DNA from: an uncultured Eubacteriales bacterium
GTDB lineage: Bacteria; Bacillota; Clostridia; Lachnospirales; CAG-274
Direction: 5' to 3'
DNA length: 64,000 nucleotides
Assembly: GCA_905201505.1 (NCBI GenBank)
Contig: CAJKOJ010000001.1
Location: forward strand, 8,723-72,722
The stretch's first letter is position 1; every line of letters begins with the position of its first letter. Made by a program: the position numbers and the translations under genes. Shown here piece after piece: positions 1 through 8,569 of the stretch. The notes below the pieces were generated by a model. The model saw nothing but the letters and a program-made list of their open reading frames with translations, had not been told where the DNA came from and made no database searches.

Positions 1-2288
1 TATATGTAACAGAGGAAAATAAAAATACAGTTACAGTTACAGCTGATGATGGTACTTCAGTTTCCGGTATAGGAAATATTCTTAATACAAGAGGCGGACA
101 TACTAATGTTGACAGCAAGGGAAATGTAACAAGTACAGTAATTAATACAAATCAGGATATTCTCAAAAAACTTGCAGAAGAAAATCATCCGATAGCAGTA
201 AGATTTGTAGGAGAAGTTGTAGGAGGAGATTCCAATACAAGCAATAATCCTCCGGCTGTTGCTATTGATGGACTTACAGCTTACGACAGTGCAGATTATG
301 GCGGTACTGTAGGTGATGACGGTATGATGGCCAGAATGCAGTATGCTAGAAACATAACTTTAGAGGGTGTTGGTGATGATGCTTCTGTAAATGGCTGGGG
401 ATTTCATTTTATGTGTAGTGATGAATCTTATGCTGCAGGATTAGGACGAAATTGTGAAGTAAGAAATATATATTTTGTTAATTATCCTGAGGATGCCTTT
501 GGTGCAGAAGGTGAGCAAAATGGAAGTACTATTACCGGACCTGTAGAAAGAGTATGGGTGCATAATAATAATTTTGGTCCGGGATTTTGTAAAAATCCTG
601 CAGAATCAGATAAAGCTGAAGGCGATGGTTCCTGTGATTTTAAAAGAGGAAATTATTATACAATGGCATATAATAAATACTGGGACTGTCATAAGACTAA
701 CTTAGTTGGTTCTTCAGATTCTTCATTGCAGTATTTTATTACATTCCACCACAATTATTACAAAAATTGTATGGCGAGAGGTCCGTTAGTAAGAAACAGT
801 AATGTTCATATGTATAATAATGTGTATGACGGACAATCTGATTATGCTCTTAATCCAAGGGCAAATGCCTACATTTTCTCTGAGTATAACTTATTTTATC
901 AGAGCAAGAATTGTATGAGTGTAAGCAGCGGAGCAATAAAGAGCTTTAATGATGTATTGACAAGCTGTATAGAAGCTGTTGACGGTACATTTGTAACTGA
1001 TAAATCTCAGAAGGTATCAAGTGGTTGTAAATATGCAAACTTTGACACAGATTCCTCATTAAGTTATATCCCTTCAGGTGATTACAAAATTCAGACTGAT
1101 GTAACTCAGGCTAAAAAGGTAGTTCTTGCTGAATCAGGTGTTATGAAGGAAAATCCTGTATCACCTGAAGAAGTAAACTCTTCAATTTTATCACCTGAAA
1201 GACAGCCTGCAGCTTCTGTTGTACTGCCTTATAAAAATAATTTGAACAGTTCTTATTTAACAAGCAAAACAGAAACTAAGGATAATATTTTATTTAATTT
1301 GTATAAGCTGGCAGGTGATAGTATATCTATAGGTGCCAATGAAATAGGTCAGGATATTGTGTTTAATGTGAATCAGCCAGTAAATATTACAATGACTGAC
1401 GGAGGAGCAACTTATCCTGCAGTATTAATGAATGACAGTGGTGTTGCATATCTTACAGGTACAGGTACAGCATATAATGTACCGGCAGGTACCTATATTA
1501 TACAGCCGGGAGGAATACAGCCTGCAAAGACAGGTCAGCCTCTTAAGTATAAGGAATCAAAAATTACTTTCCTTGGAATAGAGGCATTTGATTCAGATGC
1601 GACAACTGTGACAGAACCTACAACTCAAACAACTACAATGACAGAGGCATCTGAGACAACAACAAATATTGACGGCTCAACAGAGGCAACAACAAACAGT
1701 GATGGTTCAACAGAAACTACAACAAGTGTAGAACCAGTGCCGGTAGGAAGTAAAGTGCATAATGTAACAGATTCAGGAAAGACAAGTGATTTCTTTAGTA
1801 TCACTGCTGATAATGTATCAGACAGCAAAGGTACTGTAAACTATAATGGTTTGACACTTATTGACTGTATTAAAATTAACTCTAAAGCAAATATTTCATT
1901 TACAAATGGTGTTAAGGGTAGTCTTACACTAGTATTTAATCCGTCAAATATGGGAAATGAATTTTCATTTGACGGTGCACCAATTACAATACCCGGTGAT
2001 GGTATAGTTGTTATTGACAATATAGCACCAAGTACACATACCATAAAGAGAGTAAGTGGTGAATCATTCCTTTACTATATGGTATATTCCGATGATTCTG
2101 AATCAGTTTCTGTTAAGGGCGATGTAAATAGAGACGGAAAGGTAGATGCTGTTGATGCATCGATTGTATTAAAGATTGTTTCCGGCATAATAACTGATAC
2201 ATCTGCTTATGATACCGATGCGGCTGATTGTAACAGTGACGGGGAAGTAAATGTTCTTGATGCGATATGGATACTTAATAAAAAGTAA
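1..2288 (+). CDS. Pectate lyase (PL1-like) with Thr-rich linker, two beta-sandwich-like modules and C-terminal dockerin; 5' end lies outside the window
   Basis: The frame of the 324..2288 ORF stays open back to nt 3 (YVTEENKNTVTV...). PL1-like motifs are present: WVHNNNF, DGSCDFKRG, HHNYY, RGPLVR. The C-terminus is a dockerin. Confidence 0.8.
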   Translation, partial: YVTEENKNTVTVTADDGTSVSGIGNILNTRGGHTNVDSKGNVTSTVINTNQDILKKLAEENHPIAVRFVGEVVGGDSNTSNNPPAVAIDGLTAYDSADYGGTVGDDGMMARMQYARNITLEGVGDDASVNGWGFHFMCSDESYAAGLGRNCEVRNIYFVNYPEDAFGAEGEQNGSTITGPVERVWVHNNNFGPGFCKNPAESDKAEGDGSCDFKRGNYYTMAYNKYWDCHKTNLVGSSDSSLQYFITFHHNYYKNCMARGPLVRNSNVHMYNNVYDGQSDYALNPRANAYIFSEYNLFYQSKNCMSVSSGAIKSFNDVLTSCIEAVDGTFVTDKSQKVSSGCKYANFDTDSSLSYIPSGDYKIQTDVTQAKKVVLAESGVMKENPVSPEEVNSSILSPERQPAASVVLPYKNNLNSSYLTSKTETKDNILFNLYKLAGDSISIGANEIGQDIVFNVNQPVNITMTDGGATYPAVLMNDSGVAYLTGTGTAYNVPAGTYIIQPGGIQPAKTGQPLKYKESKITFLGIEAFDSDATTVTEPTTQTTTMTEASETTTNIDGSTEATTNSDGSTETTTSVEPVPVGSKVHNVTDSGKTSDFFSITADNVSDSKGTVNYNGLTLIDCIKINSKANISFTNGVKGSLTLVFNPSNMGNEFSFDGAPITIPGDGIVVIDNIAPSTHTIKRVSGESFLYYMVYSDDSESVSVKGDVNRDGKVDAVDASIVLKIVSGIITDTSAYDTDAADCNSDGEVNVLDAIWILNKK
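1653..1724 (+). repeat. Tandem 30-nt coding repeat (about 2.4 units) in the Thr-rich interdomain linker
   Basis: gagacaacaacaaatattgacggctcaaca / gaggcaacaacaaacagtgatggttcaaca / gaaactacaaca, encoding ETTTNIDGST / EATTNSDGST / ETTT. Confidence 0.8.
2112..2285 (+). other. Type I dockerin module (two Ca-binding loop/helix repeats)
   Basis: DVNRDGKVDAVDASIVLK ... DCNSDGEVNVLDAIWIL: duplicated DxNxDGxxxxxD loops, each followed by a helix. Confidence 0.85.
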
Positions 2289-2324
2289 AATCAATTAGGC
2301 TTACAAAATATTAAGTTAAATTAA

Positions 2325-2359
2325 AAGGCTGAGGCTATGAAATACATAGCTTCAGCCTT
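2325..2359. terminator. Hairpin between convergent genes; likely terminator of the minus-strand array
   Basis: AAGGCTGAGGCTATG-aaata-CATAGCTTCAGCCTT: 15-bp stem with one G-U pair. The T-rich tail is on the minus-strand side. Confidence 0.6.
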
Positions 2360-2389
2360 AAATTTAATATAAATGTTATCTTTTTTATT

Positions 2390-2839
2390 TTATAATTTAT
2401 ATATTTTTCTTATTCCGCCAATTAATATGTGACGCAGGGGACGTATTGCAACCCAAATTGTCACATATAATTTGTAAAATATGTTTTTGGTTGTAAATGT
2501 TTTTCCGCTGCGTTGAATTTTAATAACTGTACCAATAATTTGGTCAGGGCGTACATTTTTTTCTATATGCCACTGATTATCACCGCACATATTGTATGTA
2601 CCATCTGGATTTACTTTATGTACTCTGTGAAGAACAAACTGCCCGTCATCCCTGATGTACAGAGGCAAATCATATTTTTTGAGTTTGCTGAATTTTTTCA
2701 GTATTACTCTGTCCCCTTCATTATGAAGAGTAGGCAGCATACTTGTGCCTCGCGGATTAAAATTAACTGTTCCGCCATTATCAAGCATTTCTTTCATAAC
2801 AGTATATATTTCTGAAAGTTTTACTGATTTAGTCTGCAA
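2390..2839 (-). CDS. S26B (SipW/Sec11-like, Ser-His type) signal-peptidase-family protein with no N-terminal TM and a hydrophobic C-terminus
   Basis: GTSMLPT (Ser motif), GDRVIL, VLHRVHKV (His rather than Lys motif), CGDNQ. TTG start with GAGGAG 9 nt upstream; overlaps the PqqD stop by 11 nt. Confidence 0.6.
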   Translation of the reverse strand: MQTKSVKLSEIYTVMKEMLDNGGTVNFNPRGTSMLPTLHNEGDRVILKKFSKLKKYDLPLYIRDDGQFVLHRVHKVNPDGTYNMCGDNQWHIEKNVRPDQIIGTVIKIQRSGKTFTTKNIFYKLYVTIWVAIRPLRHILIGGIRKIYKL

Positions 2840-3095
2840 TTAAATCAGCTCCTCTTAATGCAGATATATATTCCTCAACATCATTTTCTGCAGTTGTTTT
2901 ATCTACATCATATTCAGAAAGCATTTTATCAACAATTTGGTCTTTTGTTATATCTTTTTCAAGAAGATTCCATATAAAAGCTCCTACTTCATTGAGTGTG
3001 ATAACTCCGCTGAAATCCATAGCACCTTCACCGACAGGAACAACTATATTACTTCCTGCCACTTCTCTTAATAAATAACCGTCCTTAATTTTCAT
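2829..3095 (-). CDS. PqqD-family protein (RiPP recognition element-like)
   Basis: 88 aa with a typical PqqD layout (YLLREVAGSNIVVPVG...VITLNEVGAFIWNLL...). GGGAGG RBS. Lies 3 nt after the upstream gene. Confidence 0.7.
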   Translation of the reverse strand: MKIKDGYLLREVAGSNIVVPVGEGAMDFSGVITLNEVGAFIWNLLEKDITKDQIVDKMLSEYDVDKTTAENDVEEYISALRGADLIAD

Positions 3096-3098
3096 TAT

Positions 3099-3806
3099 TT
3101 AATCCTCCCTTTTTATTTTACTATAACTTACGCGGACTGCTTCTTCTGAAATATTGCAGCCAAGTTTATAGAGTCTTGCTTTACTGAGTACTGTATCAAG
3201 TATATCAAGAAGTTTTATCATTGTGTCTTTATCGTTTGGTCTGATAGTTTGCTGAAGGATAAGTGGAATAGCTTCTTTAGGTGTAATTTTCTTAACCCAG
3301 TTTTCTTCTGACCTTTCTAAAAACACAATAGCACCAAGGGGAACCCTCATATTGATGTTTTGATTGGTTTTTCCGCTCCAAGGCGTACCATATACGTAAA
3401 TAGCATTATCCATAAGTCTTAAAGCAGGCTTGTCGTCGTTAATTATCTTAGCATTGTCTTTGAAATATTTCAGGTACAAACTTGTATGAGTTGATTTGCC
3501 TGTACCAGGATCTGCAGAAAATAAATAGGCATAATTATCAACGACTACTCCGCTTGAATGAAGCATAAAACCATTGAAATGCAGCAGTGCTTCATAAAAT
3601 GCAGCTCCTGTATAAAGGTATTCTATATCTTCGTCACTTAAATATGGTGCATCATTTTTAAAATCTTCGTAATCTGAACAGGGAATATGTATGCTGACAT
3701 TTGGCTTGTCAAATTCTGTTTCATAGTCTTTTGCTTGTTTTATTGTTTTTTCATATAAAAGTTCAATTTGCAAATTGACATCAGCCACCCTTAATTTTTT
3801 TAACAT
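3099..3806 (-). CDS. HPr-kinase-C-terminal-like P-loop protein
   Basis: LHSSGVVVDNYAYLFSADPGTGKSTHT, followed by INDDKP and YGTPWSGK; resembles the HprK C-domain fold. Adjacent to PqqD. Confidence 0.55.
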   Translation of the reverse strand: MLKKLRVADVNLQIELLYEKTIKQAKDYETEFDKPNVSIHIPCSDYEDFKNDAPYLSDEDIEYLYTGAAFYEALLHFNGFMLHSSGVVVDNYAYLFSADPGTGKSTHTSLYLKYFKDNAKIINDDKPALRLMDNAIYVYGTPWSGKTNQNINMRVPLGAIVFLERSEENWVKKITPKEAIPLILQQTIRPNDKDTMIKLLDILDTVLSKARLYKLGCNISEEAVRVSYSKIKRED

Positions 3807-3849
3807 AATGCGCTCCTTTTAAACTTGTTTTAAAGTATAATAGCAATTT

Positions 3850-5577
3850 CTATTTAATCAATGCCTGTGCTATGGATAATCTGTTAAAGGGGATAACAAA
3901 GTAATAGCCATCGGTGAAATCAGCTACTTTATCCATTGTTTCTTTGGCAATATTTATACCTATGGCCTGAGATGTTAGCTTGTCCATATCCGGTGTAAAT
4001 TTATTTATTACACTATCAGGTATGGATATACCTGAAATTTCGTTTTTAATAAATTGTGCATTTCTTATACTTACAAGTGGCATAATACCGACTAAAATCT
4101 TTGTGTCTGTCTTTGATTTAATATATCTTAGCGTTTCAATGTCTTTATCATCAAATACCGGCTGTGTAAGGAAGAAATCAGCACCTGCTGCTCTCTTTTT
4201 ATTTATACGTTCAATTTCAACATCAATATTTCTTCTTGCATAATTTATGGCACCGCCGTAGTAAATATTGTCATTGGCAAAGTTTTCTTCATTCATTTCT
4301 TTCATAAATTCCATAAGCTTTACAGAATCAAAGTTAAATACACCTTTAATGCTTTCTCTTGCTGTACTTGGAACAGGGTCTCCTGTAATAACAAGGAAGT
4401 TTCTTATGTCATTAATATATGAGCCTAAAAGCTGAGAGCTTATGGCAATTGTATTTTTGTCCCTGCAGCAAATATGGGGCATAACTTTTATACCTGTTTC
4501 ACGGGCAACTTTTATGCTCATTAAAACAGAGTCTGCACGCGTCCTGCCGCTTGGAGAATCGGCAAATGTAATAATATCAACATTCTTTGTTTTAAGGAAA
4601 TTTGCTGTTTCCATAAGTGCTGTGCAATCACCGTTTTTTGGCGGGTCAAGTTCAACAGCAATGAGCTTTTTGTTTTCTTTGCCAAAAAAGAATGCACCGT
4701 TTTTACTGACAGTTTCTTTTGTATTAGTTGTATTATTATGAAGGCTGCAAGGCTGAGAATTAATATTAAAATCAATATTTTCATTAATGGATCTAATATA
4801 TTTTGGTGTAGTGCCACAGCAACCGCCTATAATATTGGCATATTTACTTATATCTTTCATAATATCTGTGTAGTACTTTATATTATCAAGAAATACCATT
4901 CTATCCTGTATTACAGACGGGTAACTTGCATTGGGAAGGGCAGTTATATATTTGTCTGTATCTATATTCAGATTCTTAAATACATTTAACAAATGTGAGG
5001 GACCTACTCCGCAATTAAGACCCATTGCATCAATTTGTGAAATTGTGCTGCAATTTGATAAAAGTCTTTGAGCACTTATCCCTGCCTCTGAATAGCCATG
5101 CTGATTAACACAAAACTGTGTTATTATAAAAATATTTGGATTTCTTTCTTTTATATGTTTTATTACAGGAAGAATACTGTCAATTTCAGCCAATGTTTCA
5201 AATAAAATAATTTCTGCTCCGCAGTCAATAAATGTGTCGGCAATTGTAAAATAATCATCATAGCTGTCAGGACCTATGTCACAGGCAATATATACTTTAT
5301 TTTGAGCTGCCTTTTTTGCAATATTGTATGCAGAGCGTAAGTTTTTTTTAAGTTCGTCAATATCACAGCCCAGACTTTTTGTGTTAGCTGAAAATGTATT
5401 TGTTCTAATAAGCATAGCCCCGCTTTTGATGTATTCCAAATGGATGTTTAATACAGCATCAGGGTCCGAAGTATTTACTTTTTCCGGCAGTGCTTCTGTT
5501 GTATATGCAGCAAAATATGTTCCGAAAGCACCATCACAGAGAAGCTTTTTTGTTTTTAAATAATCTCTTATATTCAT
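3850..5577 (-). CDS. yitJ: Bifunctional homocysteine S-methyltransferase / 5,10-methylenetetrahydrofolate reductase (YitJ-like)
   Basis: N-terminal Hcy-binding domain with GLNCG and GGCCGTTP Zn-Cys motifs. C-terminal MTHFR-like TIM barrel region. 575 aa. Confidence 0.8.
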   Translation of the reverse strand: MNIRDYLKTKKLLCDGAFGTYFAAYTTEALPEKVNTSDPDAVLNIHLEYIKSGAMLIRTNTFSANTKSLGCDIDELKKNLRSAYNIAKKAAQNKVYIACDIGPDSYDDYFTIADTFIDCGAEIILFETLAEIDSILPVIKHIKERNPNIFIITQFCVNQHGYSEAGISAQRLLSNCSTISQIDAMGLNCGVGPSHLLNVFKNLNIDTDKYITALPNASYPSVIQDRMVFLDNIKYYTDIMKDISKYANIIGGCCGTTPKYIRSINENIDFNINSQPCSLHNNTTNTKETVSKNGAFFFGKENKKLIAVELDPPKNGDCTALMETANFLKTKNVDIITFADSPSGRTRADSVLMSIKVARETGIKVMPHICCRDKNTIAISSQLLGSYINDIRNFLVITGDPVPSTARESIKGVFNFDSVKLMEFMKEMNEENFANDNIYYGGAINYARRNIDVEIERINKKRAAGADFFLTQPVFDDKDIETLRYIKSKTDTKILVGIMPLVSIRNAQFIKNEISGISIPDSVINKFTPDMDKLTSQAIGINIAKETMDKVADFTDGYYFVIPFNRLSIAQALIK

Positions 5578-5588
5578 TTAAAACCTCA

Positions 5589-6269
5589 TTAGTAGTACAT
5601 ATAGCAGTTTGTGCCGTGTACGTGGTTGTCAATAATATTAAATCTTAATGAATATTTAACGGAACTTTGGTCTACTTCTTGTCCAGCAGGAGTTATAATT
5701 CTTTCAACGCTGCCGTCCTCTTTTTCTTCTGAAAAGTTAAGTTGAATTGTATAACTGCCGTCTTCTCTTTTCTCACCTTCAATATAATTTTCCTTTTCAG
5801 TATCTATGGCGTATGCCTTTATTACATCGTCTGCAGAGCTGCAGTTTTCATTGTTATCAATGTCAAGACCTGTGGTTGTAATACCTTTTACATTTATTAC
5901 AGGTTCTCTGCTTCCTTTATAAGAAAGGTATCTTATTACATCTTTTTCTATTAATTGTCCGGGATTTTCTTTGTCGCCCTCTTTTATATGAAGAGTATCT
6001 GTTTCTAAAAACTGAGATACATATTTTGCTGTTTCATCTGTATATTCTATAGTTGAGGCATCTAGCCCAAGCATACATAAAAATTTAACAGGCTGAAGAT
6101 TTTCATCTGTCGTATACAGTGCAAAATCATTTAAACTATAGGATACAACTGCATTTGGATTTGCAATGTCTGTATTTTCTGTTTTATTATTAATAGGGTT
6201 TTTATCTGAGCAGCCTGATAATGCTGTACATACCATTGCTGCAACTAAAAAATAAGCTAATTTTTTCAT
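5589..6269 (-). CDS. Lipoprotein of unknown function
   Basis: Signal peptide with lipobox LSGC (MKKLAYFLVAAMVCTALSGCSD). GGAGG RBS. Confidence 0.7.
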   Translation of the reverse strand: MKKLAYFLVAAMVCTALSGCSDKNPINNKTENTDIANPNAVVSYSLNDFALYTTDENLQPVKFLCMLGLDASTIEYTDETAKYVSQFLETDTLHIKEGDKENPGQLIEKDVIRYLSYKGSREPVINVKGITTTGLDIDNNENCSSADDVIKAYAIDTEKENYIEGEKREDGSYTIQLNFSEEKEDGSVERIITPAGQEVDQSSVKYSLRFNIIDNHVHGTNCYMYY

Positions 6270-6285
6270 TTTAATTATCCTCCGT

Positions 6286-7014
6286 TTATCCGTTTATATA
6301 TTCAGGGGCATCACGCAGCAAACTGTACGGTGTCATCATACCTGTAATATAGCTGTCGCTTCTGCCGTTTTTAGTAAAGAAAACAACTGCAAGTTTTTTC
6401 ATAGACTTGCTGTCAATGCTGAAAAGGTCTGATACCTCATAAAGTGTGGCATCATCTTTTACAAAAGCAAAATATTCGTTTATGTGGTAGCTCAGACCTA
6501 AATAACTTATAAATTCTGAAAATTCTGTGCTTTCATCTATGTGGACTGTTCCTTTGTCACAAATATATGAGTAAATTACATTATCGCTGAATACACCTAA
6601 TAATTTGTCATCGTGGAAAATAGGAACATGTGTAAAGCCTCTGTTGTTCATATAATTGGTTACTTTTATTACTTTGTGGTCAAGGGAGGCTGTAAACATA
6701 TTTTCACGTCTTATAGCATAATCCATTGCTTTAATAGGGCTTTTAACTCTGCACACACATTTTTCAAGTATTTTAATCATATCATCTGATGGTATGACAG
6801 GGTATACATCTCTTACCCGTGGTGTATGCACTAAAAAGTTTCTTACAACACGGCAGTATTCAACATCTTCTTTAAATTCACGCAGTGATGGAATTGTTGT
6901 AAGGCGTGTTATAATAGGTGCACCTTCAGGTGTATCGGGAAAGTAATTGGCACGGCCTATTTTTTCCAGTTGTCTGTAAAGTTCAAGAAATTTATCTGTA
7001 TTATTCATTGGCAA
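6286..7014 (-). CDS. CBS-pair protein with N-terminal HEPN-like (RNxxxH) helical domain
   Basis: C-terminal CBS-like segments (THVPIFHDDKLLGVFSDNVIY ... KKLAVVFFTKNGRSDSYITGMMTPYSLL). The N-terminal ~90 aa contain VRNFLVH, encoded at 6826..6843. Confidence 0.55.
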   Translation of the reverse strand: MPMNNTDKFLELYRQLEKIGRANYFPDTPEGAPIITRLTTIPSLREFKEDVEYCRVVRNFLVHTPRVRDVYPVIPSDDMIKILEKCVCRVKSPIKAMDYAIRRENMFTASLDHKVIKVTNYMNNRGFTHVPIFHDDKLLGVFSDNVIYSYICDKGTVHIDESTEFSEFISYLGLSYHINEYFAFVKDDATLYEVSDLFSIDSKSMKKLAVVFFTKNGRSDSYITGMMTPYSLLRDAPEYING

Positions 7015-7017
7015 ACA

Positions 7018-7815
7018 TCACCTCTGCTTTCTTGTTATAATAACAATTACCAGTAATACAGCTATGCCTATAAGAACAATTGTTCCGCCCGGTTTAAGGT
7101 CATAAAATGCAGTAATTATTAATCCTGCTATTGTAAAAATAAGTGCAAAGAATACTGATAATATCAAATTCTGCTTGTAGCTCTTTGAAATAAGCATAGA
7201 GCAGGCTACAGGTATAATCATTAATGATGATATAACCAGTGAGCCAACAGTTCTTGCTGCTATTGATACTACAATGGCTGTAAGCATTGTAAATACAAGA
7301 TTAACAGTTTTAACTTTTACACCTGAAAGTTCTGCACTTTCTTCGTCAAATGAAATATAAAAAAGTTCTCTGTAAAGTATAAGCAATGTTGCAATGACTA
7401 TAATACTGAGCAGTATAACTGTAATAAGTTCAAAAGTTGATATTGCAACAATTGAACCAAATAAAAAGCTGTTGAAATTTGCTAAATTTTTGACAAAACC
7501 TGAAAATACAGCAGCAACACCAACTCCGAAACTCAGTACAATTGCCGTAGCTATTTCTGAATAGTTGGGAAAACACCGTCTGATATATTCTATTGTAATT
7601 GCTGATAATAGTGAGAAAATAATTGCAACAATTACAGGACTTAAACTAAAGCACAGTCCTATAGCAACACCGGCAAGGCATGCGTGGGAAAGTGCATCAC
7701 CTATAGTTGAAAGTCTTTTAAGGACAATAATGTTACCAATGAGCGGTGTTATAATTGATATAAATACAGCTACTATTATAGCTCTCTGCATAAATGCAAG
7801 TGTAAATATTTCCAT
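7018..7815 (-). CDS. Metal (Zn/Mn-type) ABC transporter permease
   Basis: 265 aa, polytopic, ZnuB/TroCD-like. Sits between the ATPase gene and the downstream genes. Confidence 0.8.
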   Translation of the reverse strand: MEIFTLAFMQRAIIVAVFISIITPLIGNIIVLKRLSTIGDALSHACLAGVAIGLCFSLSPVIVAIIFSLLSAITIEYIRRCFPNYSEIATAIVLSFGVGVAAVFSGFVKNLANFNSFLFGSIVAISTFELITVILLSIIVIATLLILYRELFYISFDEESAELSGVKVKTVNLVFTMLTAIVVSIAARTVGSLVISSLMIIPVACSMLISKSYKQNLILSVFFALIFTIAGLIITAFYDLKPGGTIVLIGIAVLLVIVIITRKQR

Positions 7816-7825
7816 AGCATTCTCC

Positions 7826-8545
7826 TTAGTGTTTGTGGTGAACGTGGTTTAAAATTGTGTGAGAATTAAATTCTTCAGCAGACATCATATTGCCCATACC
7901 ATCTTCTGATAAAACAAGTATTTTGTTTGAGTGATAAAGTATTGAGGAAATATCATGGGTTACCATTACAATTGTAATTCCGCTTTTATTAAGTTCACCC
8001 AAAAGGCAGCAAATAGAATCAACTGCCTTTATATCAATACCAACTGTTGGTTCATCCAAAAATATAATCTCAGGTGAAGAGACAAGGGCCTTTGCTATAA
8101 ATACTCTTTGCTGCTGCCCTCCTGAAAGATGACCAATTTTTTTATCCTTATAATCATACATGCCCACCCGTCTTAGGGCTGAGGAAACTTTCTCCTTGTC
8201 AGACTTATTATATCTTTTCAAAAAGCCCTTTTGAGAGTACAGTCCAAGAGTAACAATTTCTTCAACGGTAGCAGGAAAATCATGGTTAAAGGAGGTTGCC
8301 TTTTGTGATACATAAGCGATTTTAGAATAATCCCTGAATTTGTCTGAGGGTTTATTTAAAAGACGTATTTCTCCCTCTGTTGCCTGAAGAATATTTAGTA
8401 TTAATTTTAATAATGTTGATTTGCCTGTACCGTTAGTGCCGACGACACATAAAAAGTCGCCGCTTTCTACATCAAAAGAAAGCCGGTGAAGTATGCTTTT
8501 GTCGGGGTAACTGAAAGATACATCTTTAACTTCCAATACCTTCAT
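7826..8545 (-). CDS. Metal ABC transporter ATP-binding protein
   Basis: Walker A GTNGTGKST, signature LSGGQQQR, Walker B IIFLDEP. Confidence 0.85.
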   Translation of the reverse strand: MKVLEVKDVSFSYPDKSILHRLSFDVESGDFLCVVGTNGTGKSTLLKLILNILQATEGEIRLLNKPSDKFRDYSKIAYVSQKATSFNHDFPATVEEIVTLGLYSQKGFLKRYNKSDKEKVSSALRRVGMYDYKDKKIGHLSGGQQQRVFIAKALVSSPEIIFLDEPTVGIDIKAVDSICCLLGELNKSGITIVMVTHDISSILYHSNKILVLSEDGMGNMMSAEEFNSHTILNHVHHKH

Positions 8546-8569
8546 TTTTTTCTCCTTAGTTTTTTAATT

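Noticed and set aside
1653-1724. Tandem 30-nt repeats that could superficially resemble a mini repeat array.
   Set aside because: They are in frame inside the pectate lyase and encode a Thr-rich linker. They are not CRISPR or a non-coding satellite.
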